64,000 nt of DNA from an uncultured Bacilli bacterium. GTDB lineage: Bacteria; Bacillota_I; Bacilli_A; RF39; UBA660. Shown one piece after another: positions 51,975 through 62,800 of this stretch (within the stretch, counting starts at the first letter, position 1; each line of letters opens with the position of its first letter). The notes under the pieces were generated by a model. It worked only from the letters and a program-made list of their open reading frames with translations. It was not told where the DNA came from and searched no databases. The position numbers and the translations under genes are program-made. The stretch is from the NCBI GenBank assembly GCA_947629025.1, contig CANRCC010000005.1, forward strand, positions 3,288-67,287. The letters run 5' to 3'.

Positions 51975-53474
51975 TTATGCAGCTAAAGAATTACCTGAAA
52001 ATATATTTTCAATCTGTCCTAAATCATTATTATAACTTTGTTGTGCTTCTTCTATCTTTTGTTTTTTCAATTCTTCTAATTTATCTCTACTCTCTTTATA
52101 TTCATTTATAATATCTCCTTGTTTATTAGTATAATCATTATTTAATTCTTGTATTGCTTCTCTTTTTGCATTTTTTAATTCTTTATTAGTTGATATTGAT
52201 GCAATACTCTTACCTATATTAGAAACTAACTTTTTACTATTTTCAAATAGATATGACAAACTAGCTAATTTTGCTCCCTCTTTAAATAAATTTAACATAT
52301 TAGCTAATTTATTAACATTTGATTTAGCTATTTTATTACTTTTATCATTTGCTAAATGATCAGATTTATAATATGGCTCTACACTATTTACCTCTTCATT
52401 ATCATTATCTATAGATATATTACCAAATATATTACTAATATTTTCTTCAACATTAGTATCTTGAGGGGAATTATTTTCTACTACATTAACAACATCATCT
52501 AAACTAACCTCTGGTTTTTCTTGTTCTTTTACTTCTTCTTTTTCTTCAGCATTATCTACAGAAATCTCATTAGTTTCTTCTTCAACAACATTATCAACAG
52601 GAATTTCATCTACTTTTTCTTTTTTAGCTTGAACTTCATCTTGATTATCAATTTCTACTTGTGGTTTTTCTTCATTAGTAGCAGTAGAATCAGCAAACTG
52701 TAAATTTTCTGCTTCTTCTTCAGCTTTCTTTGTTTCTTCTTTTATTTTTTTATAATTATTTATTATATTTTGAACTCTTTCTTCTTCCTCAGCATATCCA
52801 TTTTTCATTTCTTGTGCTAACTCAGAAGCTATACCGCCTATATTTTGAATAAAAGTTGTAACTTTGCTTGATAAATTTTCTTTTAAAGAACATGAAAAAT
52901 TTTTTACTTTTTTAAAGTTATTCTTTATTACATTAATAACTGTATTATTTGTTTTTGTAATTGTATTTTTAGTAGTATCTACTGTGTAATCTTCTGTAGA
53001 TATTTTAGAAAAATCAGAATTGTTAACAACAACACTATTTACTATATTACCTTTTTTATCTAAAACAACTACATCATCGCTATTTGAAAATATACTTCCT
53101 TTTTTATTACTAGATATTTCATTAATATTTTCTCTTATAAGTTCTTCTTCTTTTCTAACATTAAAAAATTCATTAGATAAATTAGCAATTTGATTTTTTA
53201 TATCACTTTTTTCATCAGATATTTCTTTTAACCTTCCCATAATATCAACCAATCTTGTTGTTTGATCTGAAGTAAAAGCTTCTTTGCTAATAGAAAATAT
53301 ATTATCATATTCAATATTAATTTTCTCTTCCTCATCTTCTAGTTCAGATAATTTATCACAAAGTGGTGTCATTTTAGCATCTAATAGTTCTTTTTGCTTA
53401 ATTATACTATCAAGTTCTGAAATTCTTTTTGATAAATTACTAATTTCACTAGATGATAAATTTGAAATTGCCAT
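51975..53474 (-). CDS. hypothetical coiled-coil protein with long acidic central region
   Basis: 499 aa. N-terminal heptad-like repeats, E/D-rich middle (EEEERVQN...EEETNEISVDNAEEKEEVKEQEKPE), no TM. GGGGTGA RBS. Confidence 0.3.
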   Translation of the reverse strand: MAISNLSSSEISNLSKRISELDSIIKQKELLDAKMTPLCDKLSELEDEEEKINIEYDNIFSISKEAFTSDQTTRLVDIMGRLKEISDEKSDIKNQIANLSNEFFNVRKEEELIRENINEISSNKKGSIFSNSDDVVVLDKKGNIVNSVVVNNSDFSKISTEDYTVDTTKNTITKTNNTVINVIKNNFKKVKNFSCSLKENLSSKVTTFIQNIGGIASELAQEMKNGYAEEEERVQNIINNYKKIKEETKKAEEEAENLQFADSTATNEEKPQVEIDNQDEVQAKKEKVDEIPVDNVVEEETNEISVDNAEEKEEVKEQEKPEVSLDDVVNVVENNSPQDTNVEENISNIFGNISIDNDNEEVNSVEPYYKSDHLANDKSNKIAKSNVNKLANMLNLFKEGAKLASLSYLFENSKKLVSNIGKSIASISTNKELKNAKREAIQELNNDYTNKQGDIINEYKESRDKLEELKKQKIEEAQQSYNNDLGQIENIFSGNSLAA

Positions 53475-53494
53475 AATTTCACCCCAATTCTACT

Positions 53495-53773
53495 TTAAGC
53501 TACGTTTTTCTTTAGTTCCTCTTTTATCTTTTTGTATGTTTCTGAAAATAATTCATATGCTATTTGTCTTTCTTCTTCATCTTTTAAGTCCACAAGTACT
53601 TCTTTATTATCTTTTATTTCGATTTTTGACGCTAATATTGCAACATCGCTCTTTCCCTCATCAATAGAATAATATAAATATTCAACGTCAGTTCCCTCTA
53701 GTTTTAGTCTTGTTATTGGAGTTGCTTGTACTCTTCTACCATCTTGTAATATTACAAAAAATTTCTCGTCCAT
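53495..53773 (-). CDS. small acidic protein, possibly DUF1292/UPF0473-like
   Basis: 92 aa with pattern FVILQDG...EYLYY...DVAIL..KIE....EVLVDL.DEEE...YELF reminiscent of YrzB-type proteins. Weak. Confidence 0.3.
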   Translation of the reverse strand: MDEKFFVILQDGRRVQATPITRLKLEGTDVEYLYYSIDEGKSDVAILASKIEIKDNKEVLVDLKDEEERQIAYELFSETYKKIKEELKKNVA

Positions 53774-53859
53774 TTTTATTCTCCTCTACTATATATAATA
53801 TAATACCATTTCTTTTGATTTTAGTCCATAGTTAAAAGAAAAAAATCACAAAAAAATAG

Positions 53860-54987
53860 CTATAAAACTATAGCTATCATATTATTAGAACCCTTATTTA
53901 CAACTTTTCCAAGAGTATTTTGTAATTTATATCTTAAATTATCTGGCATAAGTGATAATTTTGCTTGTATTCCCTCTTGAACTATTTCATCTAAGCTTCT
54001 ACCAAATATTTCACTTTTCCATATATTATCTGCGCTTTCTTCTTGATTTTTAGTTAAGTAATTAATCAATTCTTTAGATTGAAGTTCTGATCCTATAATT
54101 GGTTCAAATGTACTTTCTACATCTACTCTTATCATATGAATTGATGGCGCGACTGCCTTTAATTTAACACCATATCTACCACCTTGTTTAACTACTTCTG
54201 GGGTATCTAGTTTCATATCTTTTAATGTTGGAATTGCTATACCATATCCTGTTGATTTAACCATTTTTAACGCATTTTTATATTGTTCAAACTCTTCTTT
54301 AGTATCATTATATTCTTGGAATATCGATAAAAGAGCAGCTCTACTATTTATACTAGTACCAATAACCTCTTTTAATATATCATCATATAAATTATTTGGA
54401 GCTGTTAATGTAATAGTTACTTCTCCTTTTGATGGATCTACTTCAGATAAATAAGATTTTTCTATTTGTTCACATGTTCTAAAATGATTATTAATTGTTT
54501 GTATATCTCTTAATTTATCAACCTCAACAACACATTCTTTTATTTGATCTATATATACTTTTTTAAGAGGATGTGTTGATTTTAAACAAGCAATCCAATC
54601 TGGAATATTAACTTTAACATTTAAAACAGGAAATTCATAAAGTGCTTCTCTAAGTATATTATAAACATCTTTTTCATTCATTGTTTCTACACTTATTGGT
54701 ATAACAGGAACATTATGTTCATTTTTTAATTTTTCTGCAAGTTTTTCAGTTTCTGGAAGCGTCGGATGTGATGAATTTAGAAGTACTATAAATGGCTTTC
54801 CTATTTCTTTAAGTTCATTTATTACTTCATTTTCAGCTTCTAAATAATTGTTTCTAGTTATATCTCCTATACTACCATCTGTTGTAACTACTATACCAAT
54901 AGTAGAATGATCTCTTATAACTTTTTCAGTTCCAATTTCAGCTGCTTCTACAAATGGTATATCTTCGTCATACCACCGTGAATACAA
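53860..54987 (-). CDS. spoIVA: stage IV sporulation protein A, 3' segment only (the region homologous to SpoIVA from residue ~118 to the C-terminus); the 5' segment with the Walker A ATPase head is absent from this locus
   Basis: RWYDEDIPFVEAAEIGTEKVIRDHSTIGIVVTTDGSIGDI...SLMPDNLRYKLQNTLGKVVNKGSNNMIAIVL aligns collinearly with B. subtilis SpoIVA from PWYEEPIPFHEAAEIG to the C-terminus. There is no ATG; the upstream in-frame codons are unrelated (PKYVWYIFYYFRYHFLYS) and reach the recombinase stop codon within 14 codons. hup-spoIVA synteny as in Bacillus. Confidence 0.8.
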   Translation of the reverse strand: MYSRWYDEDIPFVEAAEIGTEKVIRDHSTIGIVVTTDGSIGDITRNNYLEAENEVINELKEIGKPFIVLLNSSHPTLPETEKLAEKLKNEHNVPVIPISVETMNEKDVYNILREALYEFPVLNVKVNIPDWIACLKSTHPLKKVYIDQIKECVVEVDKLRDIQTINNHFRTCEQIEKSYLSEVDPSKGEVTITLTAPNNLYDDILKEVIGTSINSRAALLSIFQEYNDTKEEFEQYKNALKMVKSTGYGIAIPTLKDMKLDTPEVVKQGGRYGVKLKAVAPSIHMIRVDVESTFEPIIGSELQSKELINYLTKNQEESADNIWKSEIFGRSLDEIVQEGIQAKLSLMPDNLRYKLQNTLGKVVNKGSNNMIAIVL

Positions 54988-55032
54988 AAAGTGATACCTA
55001 AAATAATAAAATATATACCAAACATATTTTGG

Positions 55033-56589
55033 CTAATTTTTGATTCTATAATAAATTTCTATTTTTTTATCTTTAGTAATATATACTTTTTCAATTAATT
55101 TATTAAGCATTTCTTTAGTTGGATTTTTCATCTTCAAAAAATCATCAACTATCAATAAATAATTATCGTTATTATTATTTGATAAATTACTCATTTCTTT
55201 TTTGTATTTACTTATTTTATTAAATGATTGTTTTATCTCACCTTCTGCTTTATTATATAGTCTTTGATATGTTTCTGTTGTTATAATTCCACTAAACTTA
55301 TCATCATAGAGTGAATCTTGTTTTGTTTTTAACTTTTCTATATTTTTAATTAATAAATTAATTTTATTTTTATAATCTAAGTTAAAATCAATATGATCTT
55401 GTTTAATTAATTTTTCAAATTCATCTTTATAATCCATAAGTTTAATAGACATATTACAGAGTTTATCAAGGACTATTTTTTCTAGTTTTTCATAATTCAT
55501 ATAGTGAGAAAAACATATATGATATTTACTAAATTTTCTATAATTATTACAATTAATTGTTACTCTATCTCTTTTTTTATCATAACTAATACTCATTTTC
55601 GCACCACAATCTTTACAATAAATGAAATCTGATAAAATATATTCTATATGTCTTCTATCTTCACTATAATTATTAGATTTATCTTTTATAGTTTGTGCTA
55701 GATCAAATATATCTTTTTTTATTAATGGTTCATGAGCATTTTCTTTTATACACCAATCATTTTTTGGTACTTTTTTTCTTTTTTTTACTTTATAGTTTAT
55801 ATTTTGAGTAGTATGTTGAACAAGAGTACCTATATACACTGGATTTTTTATAATATTTGTAATTGATGTATGTTTCCATATTTCAGGATGATTACATTTA
55901 TTTAATGATTTATTTTTAAGCATTATAGGTGTTGGAATATTTTCTTTTGTTAAAATATCTGCTATAGCGCTACTACCATAACCACTTACATATAATTCAA
56001 ATATTCTTTTTACTACTGGTGAGGTATCTGGATCTGGAACTAATATATGCTTATCATTTTTATCTCTCATATAACCATAAGCTGGTGTACTACCACAAAA
56101 TTTTCCATCTTTCTTCATTGATAGTAAATTTGAACGTACTTTCTTTGAAATATCTTTTGCATACATATCATTCATGCTTAACTTAAAAGGCATCATATCA
56201 CTACCACTAGTTTCATAAAAAGTATCAATATCATCATTTACTGCTATATATCTAATTGATTTTTCTGGAAAATAGTTTTCAACATAATAACCTGTTTTAA
56301 TATGATCTCTTCCTAATCTAGATAAATCTTTAGTAATTACCATATTTATAATACCTTGATTTATATCATTAATTAATCTTTGAAATCCAGGTCTATTAAA
56401 GTTTCCACCAGAATATCCATCATCAACATATTCATTTATAGGATTTAGTCCATTTGCTTTTAGAAAGCCTGTTAAAAGACTTCTTTGATTTGTTACAGAT
56501 TCACTCTCTAAATCATCACCATCTTCACGAGATAATCTTATATACATACCAACTTTATAATTACTATTAAAATTATATTTTCTATTCAT
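55033..56589 (-). CDS. large serine recombinase (SpoIVCA/phage-integrase type: resolvase catalytic domain + recombinase domain + zinc ribbon + coiled coil)
   Basis: Catalytic YIRLSREDGDD (Ser nucleophile), VDDGYSGGNFNRPGFQRLINDI, KDLSRLGRD, zinc-ribbon CKDCGAKMS...CNNY and C-terminal coiled coil. 518 aa. Confidence 0.85.
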   Translation of the reverse strand: MNRKYNFNSNYKVGMYIRLSREDGDDLESESVTNQRSLLTGFLKANGLNPINEYVDDGYSGGNFNRPGFQRLINDINQGIINMVITKDLSRLGRDHIKTGYYVENYFPEKSIRYIAVNDDIDTFYETSGSDMMPFKLSMNDMYAKDISKKVRSNLLSMKKDGKFCGSTPAYGYMRDKNDKHILVPDPDTSPVVKRIFELYVSGYGSSAIADILTKENIPTPIMLKNKSLNKCNHPEIWKHTSITNIIKNPVYIGTLVQHTTQNINYKVKKRKKVPKNDWCIKENAHEPLIKKDIFDLAQTIKDKSNNYSEDRRHIEYILSDFIYCKDCGAKMSISYDKKRDRVTINCNNYRKFSKYHICFSHYMNYEKLEKIVLDKLCNMSIKLMDYKDEFEKLIKQDHIDFNLDYKNKINLLIKNIEKLKTKQDSLYDDKFSGIITTETYQRLYNKAEGEIKQSFNKISKYKKEMSNLSNNNNDNYLLIVDDFLKMKNPTKEMLNKLIEKVYITKDKKIEIYYRIKN

Positions 56590-56743
56590 TATTTATTTTA
56601 CTATCTAATATATCAATTTGATTATCGTTAAATATATGGTGATATTTATTTTTATTTTTTATGTAATAGTTATAAATACAACTTTTTAATACATCTTTTA
56701 TATCATATCCATCTTCTTTATAAAATTCATCTATTTCATACAT
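56582..56743 (-). CDS. small 53-aa ORF overlapping the recombinase start codon; not in the ORF track
   Basis: MYEIDEFYKEDGYDIKDVLKSCIYNYYIKNKNKYHHIFNDNQIDILDSKINNE with a GGAGG RBS 7 nt upstream. Its stop overlaps the recombinase ATG by 8 nt (ATGAATAG), suggesting translational coupling. Confidence 0.3.
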   Translation of the reverse strand: MYEIDEFYKEDGYDIKDVLKSCIYNYYIKNKNKYHHIFNDNQIDILDSKINNE

Positions 56744-56826
56744 AACTTGTCCTCCATTTTAGTAAATTGTATGATTTTAAAAATGAAAAAGAACTAAAAT
56801 TATAATATTAGACATTAATTTTAGCA

Positions 56827-56852
56827 ATAAAAAAAGAGAATAATCTCTTTTT
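56827..56852 (-). terminator. rho-independent terminator after the giant protease gene
   Basis: Stem aaagaga/tctcttt with a 4-nt loop directly after the stop at 56853, then a U-run on the minus strand. Confidence 0.5.
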
Positions 56853-59800
56853 TTACTCATCTTCTAATACTTCTTTTTTCTTTTCTATAATTGCTTCATC
56901 TAATGTTTTATTTTTATCATCATTATCTTGTGATTCATCTTCATTTGTTTCGGTTGCTTCTGTTATTAAATTAATATTATTAGATAATGATGGTATTATA
57001 AATTTTTGACTAGTATTAATATGCATTAGGTTATTATTTGGATCATTACCCTTAAGTTTTGGTAATCCACCACTTTCTACTCTAGATAAATCCCAAATAT
57101 TTTCTGACCATCCAAGTGTATTCGTATAAAATCCTTTATTTTTTAAATCTTCTAATTTTATAATTGTTATTGCACTTTTTGGTACATCTTTTGATAATGC
57201 AGTTTTACCAGCATATTCTTCTACTTCATAATTATTAAAGTAACCATCCATAAATACATTAGCATCTGTTCTTCCATCAAATTTATATCCATTACTATTT
57301 ATAGAAAATGAAATATTATTCTTTATATTTGCTTTAGTTACTATCTTTCCAACAAATCCTCCTGTATTATTATTAGCATTAACTTGAACTTTAGCAAAAT
57401 TATTTATTATTGATGAATTATCTGCCCATCCAACTAAGCCTCCTACATCTGTTGCACCTTTTATAAAGCCTATAGAATATGTATTAGTTATAGTATCATT
57501 ATTAGCTTCTCCAGCAAGTCCACCTACTGCATTTGAAGATCCAATTACATTTGCATTAGCACTTGATGAGGTAATATTATTTCCTCCTTGGCCAAATCCT
57601 ATAAGTCCTCCAATTCTAGTACTTCCAGATATATTAGCATCAGTTACATGAACATTATTTACACGTGTATTTTGAATATATCCAGTTAAACTACCAACCT
57701 CTTTATTATTATTTGAATCTATAGTAATATTTTTAAGATTAACCCCTTTTATTTCTGAATTATATATATTTTTAGATAATGCACCTAATCTTTCTTGTGC
57801 TTGATTTATATTTACATTTTCTATTTTTAAATCATATATTTTAGCACCATTTAAAGTATTAAATAATGGAACATTTATATTATAAATCTTATGATTTTCA
57901 CCCTTAATTATACCTGAGAATAAATCTATAATAGAACTATCTTTAGCAGAATAATTAGAAAAATCAATATCATTATCTAGCACAATAGTACGATATAAAT
58001 TAGAATTAATAGCGTTAATAAATGATTCATAATCTTTTACATGAACATCCATACTTGTTGTATCTGCATAAATATCAGTAGTAAAATCATCAGTAATTCT
58101 TTTAATGTAGTAATAATTATTTCTTTTTACATTAGTACTTTGTTTTACATTTCTATCGTTATTTAATGCATCAGTTTTTAGTGCATTTTTATAATCTTCT
58201 ATAACTTGCTTGGAATCAATATATTTCATTTTAGTCATATTTTGTTTCATCATATTATAACGTTCTAACTTATACTTTTTAAATGTCATATTTTGATCAT
58301 TAGTTATTGCTCTAAGTGCACCTAAATCTCCATCTTTTCCATGAATATCACTATAATATTCTATATAACCTTTATCATATCCTTTATAACCTAACATTTC
58401 AAATGCGAATTCTTTAAAGCTATAAGAATCAGGTCTTCCATTATCATCATGTGGTTGATACCAACGTCTTGTATATAAACTATATCCACCATATCTATTA
58501 ATTCCAACTGTTTCATAAGATGTTACACCTGGTTTTATTATAATTCTATTATCCCATAAATCTTCTACATCTCTTAAATTCATTTCCATAAAATCTTGTT
58601 GTGTTAAAACTGTATATCTTGTTGTATTACTTGCATCTACTGTATTTCCATTTTCATCAAGATATGATACTTGTACAGCAACTTTTGATTGTTCTTCTGG
58701 AGTTAATTGTAAGAATGCTTGTGCTTCTAAATAATCTAAGAAATCAGAAACTTCAAACATTTTTTGATAGAAATCTTGTATTTTTTCAGAAGTATTAACA
58801 CGTTGTGGAGTTAAATTTGATGTAACATTTGCATTTACTGGATAATTTACTGAAATATTCATATTAATTGTACCATCACCAAATGATTGTGTAAGATTAC
58901 CATCTGCATAATCTTCACCACCAGCACCTGTTCTTCTTCCATTATTTTTAAGGAATAGTCTTGCATCCATATTATGTGCTGTTTCATGTGACCAAGTATG
59001 ATATGTATATTCTGATCCTTTACTTAAATCACCATCCATAAGACCTTCTACTCTCCAAATAATTGATGTTCCATTTGCTGTTGCTGCATTATAGTCATTA
59101 TATGCCCATACTCCAACTACTTCATTGAAATTTTTATGAAAAGGTTCTTCTGTAGTATATGGATTTTGGAATATTAACTCTCCATTTGAATCATATGTAT
59201 ATCTTTTATCAATTTGAATTGTATTTATGTCATTGAAATATTTAGCATCAACTAATAATTTAGATGCATTTGTATAATATTCTTTCATTCTATCTGAATA
59301 CATTTGAATTCTATTTATTAACATTTCTTTAGATTCAGTATTGTTTGGATCTGCAATATAAGTTCTTTGTGCACCAATTATAAATTGTGTTGGTGTAGAA
59401 ATAATATATGCAGCATTTTCTGGAAGAGTTATTATAGGTAATGCATAATTATACCAATTAGCATATGTTCCATTAGGTTTTACATCTTTAGATTTTATAT
59501 GATCCCATAATGTATATTTTATATCATCTCTATTATCTACTTTAACCTCAGATAAATATCCTTTAAATTTACTAGTATACCAATTACTAACATCAAGATC
59601 ACTTAATGATTTAACAATATATTCAAGAAATTCAGGTATTGTTTCAATGTTAGTATACTCATAAAATACTCTATTATATGTATCATTTGTAGTATTTAAT
59701 TTTATATTATTATCATTAGATATAAATTTTAATGCTATCTGATAAGGAGTAATATTTTTATTAAATCCTTGCATGTTAAATAGTAATAAATCATTTAACA

Positions 59801-62800
59801 TAATACCATCTACATCAAATCCATAAAATCTTTTTAGATAATTATATACGTATAATACTTTTTCTATTTTTTGATCTTTCTTAACTTCTTTTTCTATGTA
59901 ATAATCTATTGCTTCATCATTAGTTGGATTTACATAATTACTATTAGATATATATTTTAATACAAATTCTTTAAGTTCATTTTTAGTAACATCATTATAG
60001 AAATCTTTATATAATCTGCTGTCAGATGTTTTAGTTAAACTATCTAAATTATCTTCATATGTTAAACTAGATAAATAATTTGTTAATTTATTAATAATTT
60101 GTGAATCACTATTAATTACATAATGATTATATGTATAATCTATTTTTAAATCATCAATTCTATAACTAGCAACCATATCATATAGTTTATCAAATCTAAC
60201 AGAATATACTCTTTTTTCATTATTCTTAAATACAACTTTAATTTTTTTAATTTTCTTTTGATCGTTGTATGTTAAATATGTTACTAAATTACCATTTTCA
60301 TCAATTGGTACTATATGCATAATTTCTTGATTAGATAATATATCATCTTTAGAAATATTTTTTGAACTATTAACTATCTTTTCATTACTATAAAAAGGCA
60401 TTAATAATGATAAATTATTATATAATATTTCTTTTGTTGCATCATAGTTTTCTTCATCTTTGTATTTACTAATATTCTCTGTTAATAAAGTTGGTAAATT
60501 ATCAGATGATATATTATTTATATTCCATATATTAGTATCAAACTTAGCATTTACTTTAAATAAAGAATCATTTACACTATTTTCATCTATATTTGTTATA
60601 CCATTTGCGTTATTATCTGCACCTAACATATAATTATTCTCTGATTTAATAGATTTATTTGATAAACCACTCTTAAATCCAGAACTTAGTGTAACATTAT
60701 TTTCTATAATTAAATTTCCAGTATATGAACAAGCTAAATCACAAGATACACCTGAACTACCACTCATAGAAACTTTTGTATAACTATTTGTAATAGTAGA
60801 AGTTCCCTTTATATCACCAACTAAGCCTCCTATAAAGTTCCAGTTACCTGACATTTTACCATCTGCATAACAATTTTTAACTGTTGAATTTTCTAATACA
60901 CCTATTAAGCCACCAACTTGTTGATTATTCCATCCAACATTCAAATTAAGTCCTTTAACTCGGCTATTTTCAATCTTAGAATTATTACTTGCAGTTCCAA
61001 CTAATGAACCTGTTTGTGCTTCACTACCATCTTTAGTAAATGAACTTATTAAGATATTTTTAATTGTTGAACTACTTACTTTATTTGCTAAAGCACCTTT
61101 AGCATTACTTGATGGTAAATTAATATTTTCTAATTTTAAATTTTCTACTACTCCGCTTTCAATAGTATTAAATAAAGGTTTAGTTAAGTTTCTAATTGTA
61201 TAACCATTACCATTTAATTTACCTTTAAAATTAATATCTATTATAGCGCTTGTACTTACATTTATCATAGATGCATCTAAATCATGTGTTAATGTAAATG
61301 TTCCTTTTGGATTATCATTAATTTTAGAAATTAATTCTTCAAATGAGATAGGGCTTACGTCATTACTAGCAATACCTGATTTAATCTCTCCAAAATTAAT
61401 TCTTAAATCACTTGTTTTACCATCATCAGTAACATATTTATAATCAAGAACTAATATTAATCTTTTGTTTTCTTCTAATACTTTACTAATTTTAGAATAT
61501 ATTGTAGGCATATTAGTCATAGAAATTTTAACAAAATATGAATCTTTATTTTCTTTTAAATCATTTACATTTACATTTGTAATTTCAGTTGTATTACCAT
61601 CTTCTTTTTTATATAAAGTAATATCAGTAATATCTTTTAATAATATATAATTTTCATCTATAGATATAGTTTCATCTAATATAAGTTCTTCTGTGTAGTT
61701 ATTTTTACCATTATTTATATTAACATCACAATCATAATTAGCATAAACTCTAATATAATATCTTTGTATATCATCAATCATTTTTAATGTTATTTTATTG
61801 TTATATGGTAATTCTTCTATTAAATTATTATCTTCATTATATATTCTAATCTTTATTTGATCTTGTAATTCACCAAATACTGACTTATCAATATCTTTTA
61901 CCTTAAACTCTATATTTATATTTTTATCTTCTATTTGATATTTAAAATCTTGTATAGTAACAGAATCTTTTAATACTTCTACACTTAATTTAACAGGATC
62001 TTTTAAAATTACCTTTTTACCATTACTTAATATAATTTCTTTTATTTCAATATTTTTTATACCAGAATTACTATAACCATTTGTTACTATGTAATATTTA
62101 TCTTCTATTTTTTCTACTTTATATTCAGTATCTTTAATAACTATTTTATCAACTGAAAGATTTAATTCAGAATCTAAACCATCAATATTAAATTCTAATT
62201 TTATATCTTCATTTTTATTAAAGTATTCTGAATTATCACTGCTAATGGCTTTAATATTACTTATTTTTATACTTTCATACTTAGAATTACTATAAAGTCC
62301 ATAAGGAATTGTATAAATAAGTTCATTTTTATAACTATTTTGATTATTATCTTTATCTAATAAATTTGTATCTAATTCATAATCTGCATAAAAGTTTAAA
62401 TTAAACAATTCATTATTTAAAACATTATTAAATGTTACTTTATTTTCCCCTATTTTTATATCTTTTTCATCACCATTTAACTCTATTTTCCCACCATTAA
62501 ATCCACCTTTATCATCTTCAACATTAAACTTAAATGTAACACTTTTGTCATCATAATCTTCATCTACAATTTCAAGATTCTTAACACTTGGTTTATCTTT
62601 TAAAACATCTATTTTTACTGTATAAGGTTTTACTGAGAAAAACTCATGAACATTATTATTATAATCTTCATATCTTAATTGTACCCTTGTAGCTTCTAGA
62701 TTTAATATACCTGACTCACTTGGTACTGTAAAACTTATAGAAGATGTATATGGATTACCAGTCTTATTTGCATCATAATTTAGACCATTAACTGTAACTG

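Noticed and set aside
53860-54987. Possibility that TGA is read as Trp (alternative genetic code) explaining odd ORF boundaries
   Set aside because: Trp codons in conserved proteins (e.g. the SpoIVA W in RWYDED, RecA, PNPase) are TGG, and genes end at TGA/TAA/TAG consistently. Standard code 11 fits.
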